A stretch of 53,926 nucleotides of DNA, taken from positions 1-53,926 of IMG/VR virus record IMGVR_UViG_3300042549_009629; one strand, written 5' to 3'. Origin of the DNA: a virus. Lineage: Duplodnaviria; Caudoviricetes. The notes beneath the pieces are model-generated. The model was not told where the DNA came from. It worked only from the letters and a program-made list of their open reading frames with translations, and searched no databases. Positions 45,396 through 53,926 of this stretch are shown here, one piece after another. Position numbers and translations under genes: made by a program. Every line of letters begins with the position of its first letter. The stretch's first letter is position 1.

Positions 45396-47240
45396 TTATA
45401 AAGGAACTACTTTACCTTTTATATCAATACTAGGGTATCTTATTTCAAAAATGCTAGGATCTAATGATGGATATATAACTGAATTTTGAGTAGCTGCTGT
45501 TATATCATAAGCATATTGGGAATATCCTATAGATGTTCCTGCAAGGTTTGTTATAATAATATTTTTAACAGTTTGAACTCCTTTTATTTTATCTAAAATA
45601 ATATATAAGTCTTTCATCATAATAGGTTGATTTAATTGCCAATTATCTATTTGAAAAAGGTTTTGCAATTCACTTATACAAGATATTATTACTTCACTAT
45701 TATTATATTCAGGGCGAACTATTATTTCAAAATTAATACCTATATTAATTATATAAGCATCTTTTATTTCAACATTGTCTCCAATCATTCTATATTGGGA
45801 TAAATAAGTTCGTAAATTATTTTTTAATGTATTATTAGCATAATCTAATTGACCATTTGAATTTAAAGATAAAACATATAAATTTAATGTTTCAATTGTT
45901 GAAACTTGGTTATCTGTTAGTTTAGGTTGTTCAATATATGCTTTTGTTATTGCACCATAATCAGAAGGCATACTTAAAGCTCTAATTAAATAATCATCTG
46001 CTGTAACTGAACGTTTTTGGGAAGCAACTAATGATAATGTATTTTGTCTAATTTCTTCTAAAGTATCTCCTCCTCTACCTCCAGCAGCTGGGATAGGGTT
46101 AGTAGAAGCTAATGTATTAAAAATATAATTTGCTGTAGTTGAATTAAGGGTTGGGTTATTAAAACTAGCATTAGTTGTATTTAATGAAGTTAATGTACCA
46201 GCAGCTACATTAGAATTAACTCCCCCTCCTGTTAAATATCTTACTGTTAATGTTGTGCTTGAAGGTGCTATTCCATAAGTTCCTGTATAAAGAAAATTTA
46301 CAGGAGAATATGCTTGTGTTAATTTATCTTTTTTAAATGGTAACCCTAAACCTACATTATTTGGGTTAGGAGTTATCTCTTCAGTTACATTTTCTGGTGA
46401 ACCTGCTCCAAATTGTATTTGTAAATTTTGTAGAGAAGTAAATCTAGTAGCAAATCTCCTAGCAACTTTTTTAAGTTTTAATAAATATGGAGTATCTTTA
46501 TCACTATTAGGGTCATTTATATTAGTATTTTTTATTGTATCTAAAACCATTTCTTGCCCTAAATGATCTACTTCATACCATTGATTACCATCAGAATCAA
46601 ATACATCTAATATTTTTATAATATTTGGAGAACTTAAATTAACTGAATTAAACGGGATTGGGTTAGTAAAATCAAAAGTTTGGACATTAATTATAGATGA
46701 TATAGCAGTTCTAGATTTTTTAAGTAAAAAATATTGTGGTGTATTTCCTGAGATTTGGTAAACTGAAATTTCTGTAGGGTCTTGGGAGCTAGAGATAGAA
46801 AAATCTATTCTATCTTGAATAAGGAAATTTATTCCGTTTTGAGATGATACAGATGTATTTTCTTTTAAAGTTAATGCATAATCATAATCTGGTATAACTA
46901 ATCCACTAACAGTTTTAGCTGGGAGTTGTTGGTAAAAATCTATGGTTGTTTGGGCAACCCCTGTAGTTTTTGGTTTATATCCAAACATATATGCTAAATC
47001 AAATATATTATTTGTTTGTTGGGCATATTGAATGAAATTTTCTTGAAATTGATTATCTAAATAAAAACTTAGAATATCACCAACATATGATGCTTGTTCC
47101 ATAAACATCATTCCTGGGGATGTTGGGGAAAAATCATTATAGGTGGATGGAAAATATGTTTTAGAATATTCTATCAATCGTGATCTAAATTCGGAAAAAT
47201 CCCGATTTATGTATTTTATATCTCTATTTACTGAAGCCAT
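45396..47240 (-). CDS. gp6: Baseplate wedge subunit (T4 gp6/baseplate J-like)
   Basis: RDFSEFR..L, YNDFS..SPG, SYVGDILSFYLD, FGYKP, GG...DTLEEIR, QKRSVTADDY motifs. Confidence 0.85.
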   Translation of the reverse strand: MASVNRDIKYINRDFSEFRSRLIEYSKTYFPSTYNDFSPTSPGMMFMEQASYVGDILSFYLDNQFQENFIQYAQQTNNIFDLAYMFGYKPKTTGVAQTTIDFYQQLPAKTVSGLVIPDYDYALTLKENTSVSSQNGINFLIQDRIDFSISSSQDPTEISVYQISGNTPQYFLLKKSRTAISSIINVQTFDFTNPIPFNSVNLSSPNIIKILDVFDSDGNQWYEVDHLGQEMVLDTIKNTNINDPNSDKDTPYLLKLKKVARRFATRFTSLQNLQIQFGAGSPENVTEEITPNPNNVGLGLPFKKDKLTQAYSPVNFLYTGTYGIAPSSTTLTVRYLTGGGVNSNVAAGTLTSLNTTNASFNNPTLNSTTANYIFNTLASTNPIPAAGGRGGDTLEEIRQNTLSLVASQKRSVTADDYLIRALSMPSDYGAITKAYIEQPKLTDNQVSTIETLNLYVLSLNSNGQLDYANNTLKNNLRTYLSQYRMIGDNVEIKDAYIINIGINFEIIVRPEYNNSEVIISCISELQNLFQIDNWQLNQPIMMKDLYIILDKIKGVQTVKNIIITNLAGTSIGYSQYAYDITAATQNSVIYPSLDPSIFEIRYPSIDIKGKVVPL

Positions 47241-47243
47241 TTA

Positions 47244-47645
47244 TTAAAAATTAAATAATATATTATTTGAAGTGTTTTGGTAAGAATATTTAAGATTAAC
47301 TGTAAGTGAATTAGATACATTTTGAGTTTCAAACACATCTAATGAAATTACATTTACTGAAGGAAAGTAGGTAGATAATTTATTATTTACATCAGTTTTT
47401 AAATTACTTAAATCTCCATCAGATATTTGTTGAAATAAAAATGATCTTAAACCACCTCCAAATGTTGGGTTTAAAGGAATCTCTCCGGGTTCAGTTAAAA
47501 AAAAATTAATAAGATTATTTTTTATAGCTTCTTGAGTAGTATAATTTGAAGTAAATACAGAAGGACCATTAAAAGGAATATTTACCCCAACAGCAATATT
47601 TGGATTTAAATTAAGGGGGTCAATATATTGAGGATTAATAGGCAT
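47244..47645 (-). CDS. gp25: Baseplate gp25/GPW-like protein
   Basis: AIKNNLINFFLTEPGEIPLNPTFGGGLRSFLF motif. Confidence 0.85.
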   Translation of the reverse strand: MPINPQYIDPLNLNPNIAVGVNIPFNGPSVFTSNYTTQEAIKNNLINFFLTEPGEIPLNPTFGGGLRSFLFQQISDGDLSNLKTDVNNKLSTYFPSVNVISLDVFETQNVSNSLTVNLKYSYQNTSNNILFNF

Positions 47646-47980
47646 TATTTACTCATTAATTTCATTATTTGGTCCATTCCTATTTCACCTTCTCCTAAAC
47701 TTCCATTTATAGGATCAACTGATTGAGGTCTAAAGGGTTGTTGAACATCATTTGATGTAAAACTTAAAGCTGTTTCACCTAAAATATCCATATATTTTGA
47801 TTTCAAATCCATTGTTGGTTGAGTAAAAGATGGTTCTGGGGTGTGAGGGGGTGGGTTGTAAGCTTCTCTAACTAATTGTTTAGGTGCTTTAATAGCTTCT
47901 AGTAAGATGTCTTTCAATTCTTCTTGAATTGCTTCTTTAACTGCTTCTTTAATAATTTTTTTAAAATCTGTGCTTTTCAT
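47645..47980 (-). CDS. Hypothetical protein
   Basis: Clean ORF with an amphipathic N-terminus (FKKIIKEAVKEAIQEEL) and its own promoter motif. Confidence 0.5.
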   Translation of the reverse strand: MKSTDFKKIIKEAVKEAIQEELKDILLEAIKAPKQLVREAYNPPPHTPEPSFTQPTMDLKSKYMDILGETALSFTSNDVQQPFRPQSVDPINGSLGEGEIGMDQIMKLMSK

Positions 47981-47986
47981 ATGTTT

Positions 47987-47994
47987 ATAAATAT
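47987..47994 (-). promoter_or_regulatory. Putative late promoter ATATTTAT
   Basis: 6 nt upstream of ATG 47980. Confidence 0.55.
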
Positions 47995-47998
47995 AGGG

Positions 47999-48562
47999 TT
48001 AATCGGTTTTTTCAACAGTTGTTCCTTTTATAGGTTTATTAGTGTCACCAGATACTATAGTACCTGCGGTTTTTGTAATTTCATTTTGAGGAGGGATATA
48101 TAAAGAGTACTTAGTAAATTGAACATGTTTTTGAAGTTTTTTACTAAAAAATGAAGTTAATTGTTCCGCGTGCTGTCCTTTAATTTTTCGATTTTTAGGT
48201 GGTATGATTTCATATTTTCCTTTTAAAGAAATTACTTTCAATTTTTTACCCTCTAAATCTTTGGGAAGATTAAAGGTAATAGGGTTAGAATAATTATAAT
48301 TTCCCTTTTCTTTTTTAAAGTATTGTAAAGATATATTTATACCTGTATATTTCTTATCTGAGTTAAGGAGATAAAATGATGGTGTATCTGCAGTTTGGTC
48401 GGGGTAATATAAAAATTCTAAAGAATATTCTCCATCAGGGATAGTAACATGTCTATTACTCCATTCCTCAAAAGCAATACTAGCAAACCTAACTGTTGTA
48501 TTAATTGACCATAATGATTCTGGATCAACTGTGGTGGGGTCTTTTACTATATAATCATCCAT
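47999..48562 (-). CDS. Hypothetical protein with C-terminal half beta-sandwich tag
   Basis: Ends TKTAGTIVSGDTNKPIKGTTVEKTD, similar to the GH19 protein's C-terminal segment. Confidence 0.5.
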   Translation of the reverse strand: MDDYIVKDPTTVDPESLWSINTTVRFASIAFEEWSNRHVTIPDGEYSLEFLYYPDQTADTPSFYLLNSDKKYTGINISLQYFKKEKGNYNYSNPITFNLPKDLEGKKLKVISLKGKYEIIPPKNRKIKGQHAEQLTSFFSKKLQKHVQFTKYSLYIPPQNEITKTAGTIVSGDTNKPIKGTTVEKTD

Positions 48563-48563
48563 T

Positions 48564-49613
48564 TTAATCTGCTTTTAAATTATTCTGTTGTATATAAAAT
48601 ACAAGCTCGTCTATTAATATCTGATCAATTGAGCTAAAAGACCACTCTCCTTTAAGCATTATTACACCTTGTTTATTTTGAGCAATAGCTCTTCTACGTT
48701 TTAGTGAATTATTTGTATTTTCAGTTTCAACTATCATTTCAAACCCATTTACATTTGTTACTACTGGTATTTCTGTAGATTGTTGGATAGTTAAATTAGT
48801 TAAATCTATAGCTATTTGTTCTTGATCATCATTAGGATAACATGATTGAATAAGTAAATCTAATAAATTTAATAATTGTAATACTTGTGTTAATATTTGC
48901 CTTAATAATACTAATATAGAAAGTATTCCAACATTAATTTTTTTTAATGACGATAATCTTTTATCTAAAATATCTATAATTTTAGTAACATTTGCAGGAA
49001 CAGGGACAGGATTAGCTAATTGAAGGTTAAGAGCAATTTCTAAACCTTGAATAATACCCCCAGTAATACCTAATGTTTTAGTAGTAATATCTATTACTTT
49101 TAAAGTATTATTTAATTGTTTAACTAATTTATTTTTTTTATCAATAATATCATTTATATTACCTTGGGAAGGGCAACTAATTTTTTTCTTAAGTTCTGCT
49201 AAAATTTTATCTTTATTTTGACCAGCTAAATCGGTAGCTTTAGTAATTCCAAATCCTGCTACTAAAGTTAGTACTGTTGGAATTAATATAGTTTTTAGAT
49301 TGTTTACTTGATTAGTTAATCGTTCTTGAGCAAAATAATTAAAATCTTTTTTATCTTTAGATAATTCATCTATTTGAGCTTTAGTAAGTTGAGATGCATT
49401 TATTTTATCTTGTTCTAATCCTTTATTTAAAGGGTTTAATTTAATAACCCCTAAATCATTTTTAGCAGTACCATCTCCTTTATATGGTATTATTTCTAAT
49501 GATTCATATCCCGGGGATTTAATTAAGAGTTTATTAGGGATATTAGATCCAGTTGTTTGAATAGATGAAGTTAAATCTGTTTTAAATTCCCCTTTATTAT
49601 TTGAAGTAATCAT
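48564..49613 (-). CDS. Baseplate-associated helical protein with N-terminal half beta-sandwich and hydrophobic helices
   Basis: Starts MITSNNKGEFK...LLIKSPGYESLEI; hydrophobic segments ILIPTVLTLVAGFGI and VGILSILVLL. Confidence 0.5.
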   Translation of the reverse strand: MITSNNKGEFKTDLTSSIQTTGSNIPNKLLIKSPGYESLEIIPYKGDGTAKNDLGVIKLNPLNKGLEQDKINASQLTKAQIDELSKDKKDFNYFAQERLTNQVNNLKTILIPTVLTLVAGFGITKATDLAGQNKDKILAELKKKISCPSQGNINDIIDKKNKLVKQLNNTLKVIDITTKTLGITGGIIQGLEIALNLQLANPVPVPANVTKIIDILDKRLSSLKKINVGILSILVLLRQILTQVLQLLNLLDLLIQSCYPNDDQEQIAIDLTNLTIQQSTEIPVVTNVNGFEMIVETENTNNSLKRRRAIAQNKQGVIMLKGEWSFSSIDQILIDELVFYIQQNNLKAD

Positions 49614-50476
49614 ATGTTAAAAGGATTAATATCACCGGGTACTGAAATCCCAAATGGATTAGATTGGGTTTCAGTAAGTAATGTTGGTTGTAAAGGGGTT
49701 AATGAAGTAGGAGGAGATTCAATAACTTCAATCGTTATATCATTTACAGGTTGATTTGTATCTAAAGATACTACTATTCCTGTTGTTTTAACTATAGGAT
49801 TAGAGGGAATAATATTTTGTAAAATTTTATAGTATTCTATAGTTTTAGATGCTCTTAATCCTCCTTCTAAACGAGCTGCATTTACTCTATAAGTAACTTT
49901 ATCAATATTGTTAAATTCTACAGCTCCAGAATTAACAATTTTAAATAATCCTCTATTATAGAAATAAAATATAGCTGATGATATAATATGTTTTCCTGAG
50001 ACTTGGTCAGGATCAGTCATTATAGTCTGGTCTTGTAAAAAATCAGCAAATGCTTGATAATTAGATTTTCCGGTTAATTGGATTGCTCCTCTTCCACGAT
50101 AATTCCATCCATCACCTGAGGCTACATCACCATTTCCATTTATACCAGCATATATAAAATTAGCTTTTACTTCACCTGATTTAGGACCTAAAGTATCAGC
50201 AGTATATTTTGGGTTAGCTTTAACTTTTATTTGTCTTTCTTGTTTAAATCTTCCTGAAAATATGTTACCCATTGTCTTAGCAGACCATGTAGTTTTTTCA
50301 CTAAATGCCATAAATCCTCCAGTTTCAACATATGCTTGACCTAACACATAAGACATTTCTTTAGCATTTAAACTATAATAAAGTGCTGTAGCTTTAATAG
50401 TTTCTAAATCAAATTTTCCTGTTACAGGAGAATCTACAAATTTTTGATATTCTATAATAATGTCAGATGAAGTCAT
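49610..50476 (-). CDS. GH19 (chitinase-like) lysozyme, probably virion-associated
   Basis: ETGGF..E, GDGWNYRGRGAIQLTGKSNY; PG-binding-like N-terminus; adjacent to the gp5-like gene. Confidence 0.85.
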   Translation of the reverse strand: MTSSDIIIEYQKFVDSPVTGKFDLETIKATALYYSLNAKEMSYVLGQAYVETGGFMAFSEKTTWSAKTMGNIFSGRFKQERQIKVKANPKYTADTLGPKSGEVKANFIYAGINGNGDVASGDGWNYRGRGAIQLTGKSNYQAFADFLQDQTIMTDPDQVSGKHIISSAIFYFYNRGLFKIVNSGAVEFNNIDKVTYRVNAARLEGGLRASKTIEYYKILQNIIPSNPIVKTTGIVVSLDTNQPVNDITIEVIESPPTSLTPLQPTLLTETQSNPFGISVPGDINPFNI

Positions 50477-50477
50477 A

Positions 50478-51764
50478 TTAAATTACTTTTACAAAATTGG
50501 ATTTTAAATTATTTAATTGAGCTTTAATCCTATTTAAATTGGTTTCAGCTATTGATGCTACTGGTCCTATTGTTGGGTCAGAGGATGGAATACCACTAGG
50601 CCATATTTGTATGGTTTTTAAAGCTGTAGCTAAATTGGAAATCTCAGTAGTTAAACTTTTTAAAAGTTCTACAGTATCATCTCCTTTTAAAACTGATTGG
50701 GATGCATCTTTAGAACCTAATCTAATATCATTTCCATCAATATAAACTTCCTTAGCTTCTATGTTGATACTTTTATTTGAAGATAATCCTACAGATGTTT
50801 GTCCACTTATAATAACACTATCAGATTTTGCGTTTAAAATCACTCTATCCGAATTGAGTATTATCTGGGGTTTACTAAAGGATGATGGGGATGGTGGGGG
50901 TGTTGAATATGAAACAAAATTTTCATTTGCTATACTAAATGGTAATTTTTGATAAGATGTTAAATAAATTGAAGATAAATCTGTTTTAATATTTTCAGTT
51001 ATAGGAATCCAACCATCGTTATTTGGTGTTGGGGATTGACCATTTCTAAAAATAGTAATAGGATCTCCATTTTTCCCAACCTCAGACCAATTATTTTTCT
51101 TTTCACTTTGTGATTTAGATGTACTACCTAAACGAATACTTTGACCATGTCTTCCTTCATGTATTATATCTCCCATAAAAGGCATTAAAGATCTTATATT
51201 AGTTTCTTCAATAAAATTATTTTGGCTGGGGTTGTTTGGGCTATTTAATTCTATTTCAGTTTCTCCATCTTCAACTCTTCTAACATTTCCTCCTTCTGTA
51301 GTTTGATAATCTTGTTGTTGTGAGTCTGGGAGGGTAGAATTAGTAACTAAGTTTGGGTAAGCATTATGGTGAGGATGATTCCATATTCCCATAGCATTCA
51401 TATAATAATATGATGTACTTGAAGTAATATTACCTATTCCTTGATCTGGGAGTTTTAGTAAAAGTACTATTTCATTTATTAAAGGGTAAGTTTTGGATTG
51501 AGGATCATAGGGAAGTGCAAATTCACTATTTGATCTTGTCCCTAATGAGTTTACTACTTCAAAAAATATAGCTCCTATTCCATTCCACTGTCCTACTTTA
51601 TTAAAATATGGATGATTTTCATCCAAAACAATATCTATTACCCTAGCAGAAACTATAAAATTTTGTAGATTTAGAATTTGATTATTAAAGTCAGAAGTAG
51701 CTAAAGTAGTTGATATGGTTACTCCTTGATTTGAATTAGCTATTCCGGTTTTATATAAAGCCAT
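50478..51764 (-). CDS. Baseplate central spike (gp5/VgrG-like)
   Basis: OB-fold-like YPLINEIVL, GDIIHEGRHGQSIRLGS, beta-helix QIILNSDRVILNAK, VLKGD. Confidence 0.65.
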   Translation of the reverse strand: MALYKTGIANSNQGVTISTTLATSDFNNQILNLQNFIVSARVIDIVLDENHPYFNKVGQWNGIGAIFFEVVNSLGTRSNSEFALPYDPQSKTYPLINEIVLLLKLPDQGIGNITSSTSYYYMNAMGIWNHPHHNAYPNLVTNSTLPDSQQQDYQTTEGGNVRRVEDGETEIELNSPNNPSQNNFIEETNIRSLMPFMGDIIHEGRHGQSIRLGSTSKSQSEKKNNWSEVGKNGDPITIFRNGQSPTPNNDGWIPITENIKTDLSSIYLTSYQKLPFSIANENFVSYSTPPPSPSSFSKPQIILNSDRVILNAKSDSVIISGQTSVGLSSNKSINIEAKEVYIDGNDIRLGSKDASQSVLKGDDTVELLKSLTTEISNLATALKTIQIWPSGIPSSDPTIGPVASIAETNLNRIKAQLNNLKSNFVKVI

Positions 51765-52102
51765 TAATCTTTAGGGTTAAATTTCTGTACTTCGGATAAT
51801 AATTGAGCTTTTTCTTCTTGGGTCATTCCAAATCCTTCTTCTTCTGATTTATTTGAAGCTAGGGCACGTTGAACGATAGTAGCCATTTTAACTAATTGTT
51901 CATCGTTTTTAATACCTAATTCCATATATTCTTTAATTAATGGAACTATTAAAGTAGCATCACCAATATCGTTAATTAAAGGTTTTAATTCACCTATTAA
52001 AGCAGATATTTGTACTTCTTTTTTCTTTTGATTATCGTAAATTTCTTTTAATAAATCGGAAAATTTTTTCTTACCAAATATATTAGATTCTAAATTACTC
52101 AT
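51764..52102 (-). CDS. Hypothetical helical protein
   Basis: Clean ORF with its own promoter motif; no family recognised. Confidence 0.5.
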   Translation of the reverse strand: MSNLESNIFGKKKFSDLLKEIYDNQKKKEVQISALIGELKPLINDIGDATLIVPLIKEYMELGIKNDEQLVKMATIVQRALASNKSEEEGFGMTQEEKAQLLSEVQKFNPKD

Positions 52103-52117
52103 ATTGTTGTTTTGGGT

Positions 52118-52125
52118 ATAAATAT
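52118..52125 (-). promoter_or_regulatory. Putative late promoter ATATTTAT (start of the baseplate operon)
   Basis: 15 nt upstream of ATG 52102. Confidence 0.6.
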
Positions 52126-52140
52126 GAGAATGTATAAGGA

Positions 52141-52872
52141 TTAAAAATTTATATATCCATTCTCTAAATAAAACACATAGTGTTTTTTAAATACATCGTA
52201 AAGAACATTTGCTATTTTTGTGATTTTTGGTGTTTTAGCTTCAGGAACCATTTCATGAATATAAATGTATAAAGCTTTCTTATTGAATATATCTATTTGA
52301 TCTCTCTTTCTAAATAACTCTAAAACAGCATCTGCAATCTTAGCATCATTTTCTTTTGGGAAAAAAGTATATAGATTTGTAGTCATATATTCAGTATACT
52401 GATTTAAAAAATGAGATAGTTTATCTACTTCACCTGAGGTTTCTATAGTATAAGAATGAGTATCATCTTTTAACAATTCATCAGTAGATACTTTACTGAT
52501 TTTAGATTTGTAATTTTTATCATTATACAATATACACCAACGTTTTACAATAGTACCAAAATAAGAATATGCTTTAGCTCCATTATGTGGGTTAAATAAA
52601 TGGATCTTTGACAATAAAAATACTATTATTTCATGTTGTAAATGTTCTAAATTTTCTACTTCAGTATGGTAAAACTTAAAAGTATGAATTATATTTTGAG
52701 TCAATTTAAAAAATGCGTAATGAATTTTTTCTTCGTATATTTTACTTCGTAATACGGGATCTAAAGTATTATTATATAATACAATGGCGTTCTCAGTTTC
52801 TTGAGTAAAATAATTTTTACTTTTAGCTTTTCTTACCACTTTTTTAGTTGAATTTTCTAATATTAAATTCAT
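52141..52872 (-). CDS. Late-transcription sigma factor (T4 gp55-like)
   Basis: KNYFT N-terminus and the region-2-like FNPHNGAKAYSYFGTIVKR; no obvious region 4. Confidence 0.65.
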   Translation of the reverse strand: MNLILENSTKKVVRKAKSKNYFTQETENAIVLYNNTLDPVLRSKIYEEKIHYAFFKLTQNIIHTFKFYHTEVENLEHLQHEIIVFLLSKIHLFNPHNGAKAYSYFGTIVKRWCILYNDKNYKSKISKVSTDELLKDDTHSYTIETSGEVDKLSHFLNQYTEYMTTNLYTFFPKENDAKIADAVLELFRKRDQIDIFNKKALYIYIHEMVPEAKTPKITKIANVLYDVFKKHYVFYLENGYINF

Positions 52873-53131
52873 TAAGGATTTTTTGGATTTCTACTATCGA
52901 TTGGAAAATTTGTCCTACATCATCGTCTTTTTCAAACATCCCTGCACGATCTATTTCTTTTAATTTTTTATCAGAAATTTCAATTACTCGAGATAAACGA
53001 TCAAGATAAGAAAGATAACCCGAAAGAATATCCTCTGATTTTTCTTGTTTTTTCATTAGATTGAAAGTCGTGAACCCTAGGATCACGACTAAAATTGCTA
53101 ATACACAAACTGTTATTATTAAAGCTATCAT
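52844..53131 (-). CDS. Small membrane-anchored protein
   Basis: N-terminal hydrophobic helix; FEKDDDVG motif. Confidence 0.55.
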   Translation of the reverse strand: MIALIITVCVLAILVVILGFTTFNLMKKQEKSEDILSGYLSYLDRLSRVIEISDKKLKEIDRAGMFEKDDDVGQIFQSIVEIQKILNEFNIRKFN

Positions 53132-53922
53132 AAACTATCAAATAAATTTTTCAAACCTTCACTTTTAAATGAACCTAATGCCTTTTCCTTTGTTGAGGTT
53201 TTCTTAGACATGTTTGGTTTATTCCCCAATGTAAAACTTTTCTTTCCGACATCCACGGACTTCTTACCTTCTTTTAATTTAGGTAACCATTCACGTTCGA
53301 ATTCAATACGTGCTGCCATTAAATCTGCCTGATGTAATATAAAAGGTAAAGATGTTCTTGGTTTTTGTTCTGGCATAAATGCCATGAGATATTTTTTATT
53401 TGCTTCATCATATAAACCATCATGAGTCTGGATAGCAATCATTTCATTAAATGTATAAGATATACCATGGGATTGAAGCATAAATAATCCTCTATCTGGG
53501 ACTGATGAAAATGGAACTTTAGTATTAAACATATAATCCTCTCCAAGTTTATCTTTTCTCCACTGATCAGTTTGAGGGATGTATGAATCTTCTTCTTCAC
53601 TTCCCATTTTACCTAGGTCATGATTTAATGCTGAGAATATTAATTCTTCAGATGTAAAAGTAGTCATGTCAGCTCCTTCACTTGCCCATAAGTCATACTG
53701 TTTTAAAGCACATCGAATAACGCGTAAAACATGTTCCACATATCCTCCAGGGAAAGCATTATGATATTCTTTTTTATGCGCGGCAGGCATTAACATTAAA
53801 CGTTCAGAATATTGATTATAAAATTCTAAAACTTTTTCTTTACGTGGGGATGTAATATAACCATCAATATAAGACATTAATTCTTCCCAATTGTCTTGGA
53901 TTTGTTCGGCTGTTAAATTCAT
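53128..53922 (-). CDS. HD-domain phosphohydrolase
   Basis: YHNAFPGGYVEH, NHDLGK, THDG, LHQAD motifs. Confidence 0.85.
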   Translation of the reverse strand: MNLTAEQIQDNWEELMSYIDGYITSPRKEKVLEFYNQYSERLMLMPAAHKKEYHNAFPGGYVEHVLRVIRCALKQYDLWASEGADMTTFTSEELIFSALNHDLGKMGSEEEDSYIPQTDQWRKDKLGEDYMFNTKVPFSSVPDRGLFMLQSHGISYTFNEMIAIQTHDGLYDEANKKYLMAFMPEQKPRTSLPFILHQADLMAARIEFEREWLPKLKEGKKSVDVGKKSFTLGNKPNMSKKTSTKEKALGSFKSEGLKNLFDSL

Positions 53923-53926
53923 AACT

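Noticed and set aside
99-50952. All plus-strand ORFs in the track (e.g. 99-467, 12978-13433, 20145-20708, 28262-28444)
   Set aside because: They are antisense shadows of well-supported minus-strand genes, with no recognisable motifs.
7996-52124. Plus-strand T4-type TATAAATA promoters driving antisense transcription
   Set aside because: No plus-strand genes follow them, and the positions track minus-strand start codons.
1-53926. Stop-codon reassignment
   Set aside because: Core genes are full length under the standard code, and TAA, TGA and TAG all terminate genes at sensible positions.
1-53926. tRNA genes, CRISPR arrays, introns or inteins
   Set aside because: Intergenic gaps are short and explained; no cloverleaf or spaced repeats were seen; terminase, portal and primase have ordinary lengths.

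Overview
AT-rich fragment of a large T4-like (myovirus-type) phage genome. Essentially every credible gene is on the minus strand and tightly coupled, often by TAATG or ATGA stop-start overlaps, with no Shine-Dalgarno motifs. In transcription order (high to low coordinates) the window contains: (1) an HD hydrolase and a gp55-like late sigma factor; (2) a baseplate module (gp5-like spike, GH19 lysozyme, gp25, gp6, CBM96/DNRLRE-like protein, 1974-aa wedge, tail-collar-like proteins); (3) a GIY-YIG nuclease, primase and exonuclease island; (4) a ~13 kb block of predicted capsid-internal proteins and enzymes, with a T-like holin and an unannotated Hc1 histone-like gene inside it; (5) an FAD oxidoreductase and NadR-like ATPase island; (6) a spanin-like pair; (7) terminase, portal, prohead protease, scaffold and major capsid protein, then PhoH; (8) a fibre operon ending in at least four tandem paralogous beta-helix proteins. 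The host is probably Bacteroidota, inferred from no SD motifs, a Gln+1 signal peptide, D-S/T-x sequons, -33/-7-like promoters and the Hc1-like gene. The most notable patterns are a capsid-cargo system of enzymes and polyproteins punctuated by prohead-protease-type [LIV]-x-E sites, a split beta-sandwich tag linking alternative proteins to a baseplate partner, an [ST]-[GAS]-S motif saturating external virion proteins, a late promoter that is the reverse complement of T4's, and the constant-ends/variable-middle adhesin array. All calls are by-eye motif recognition; no database searches were run.
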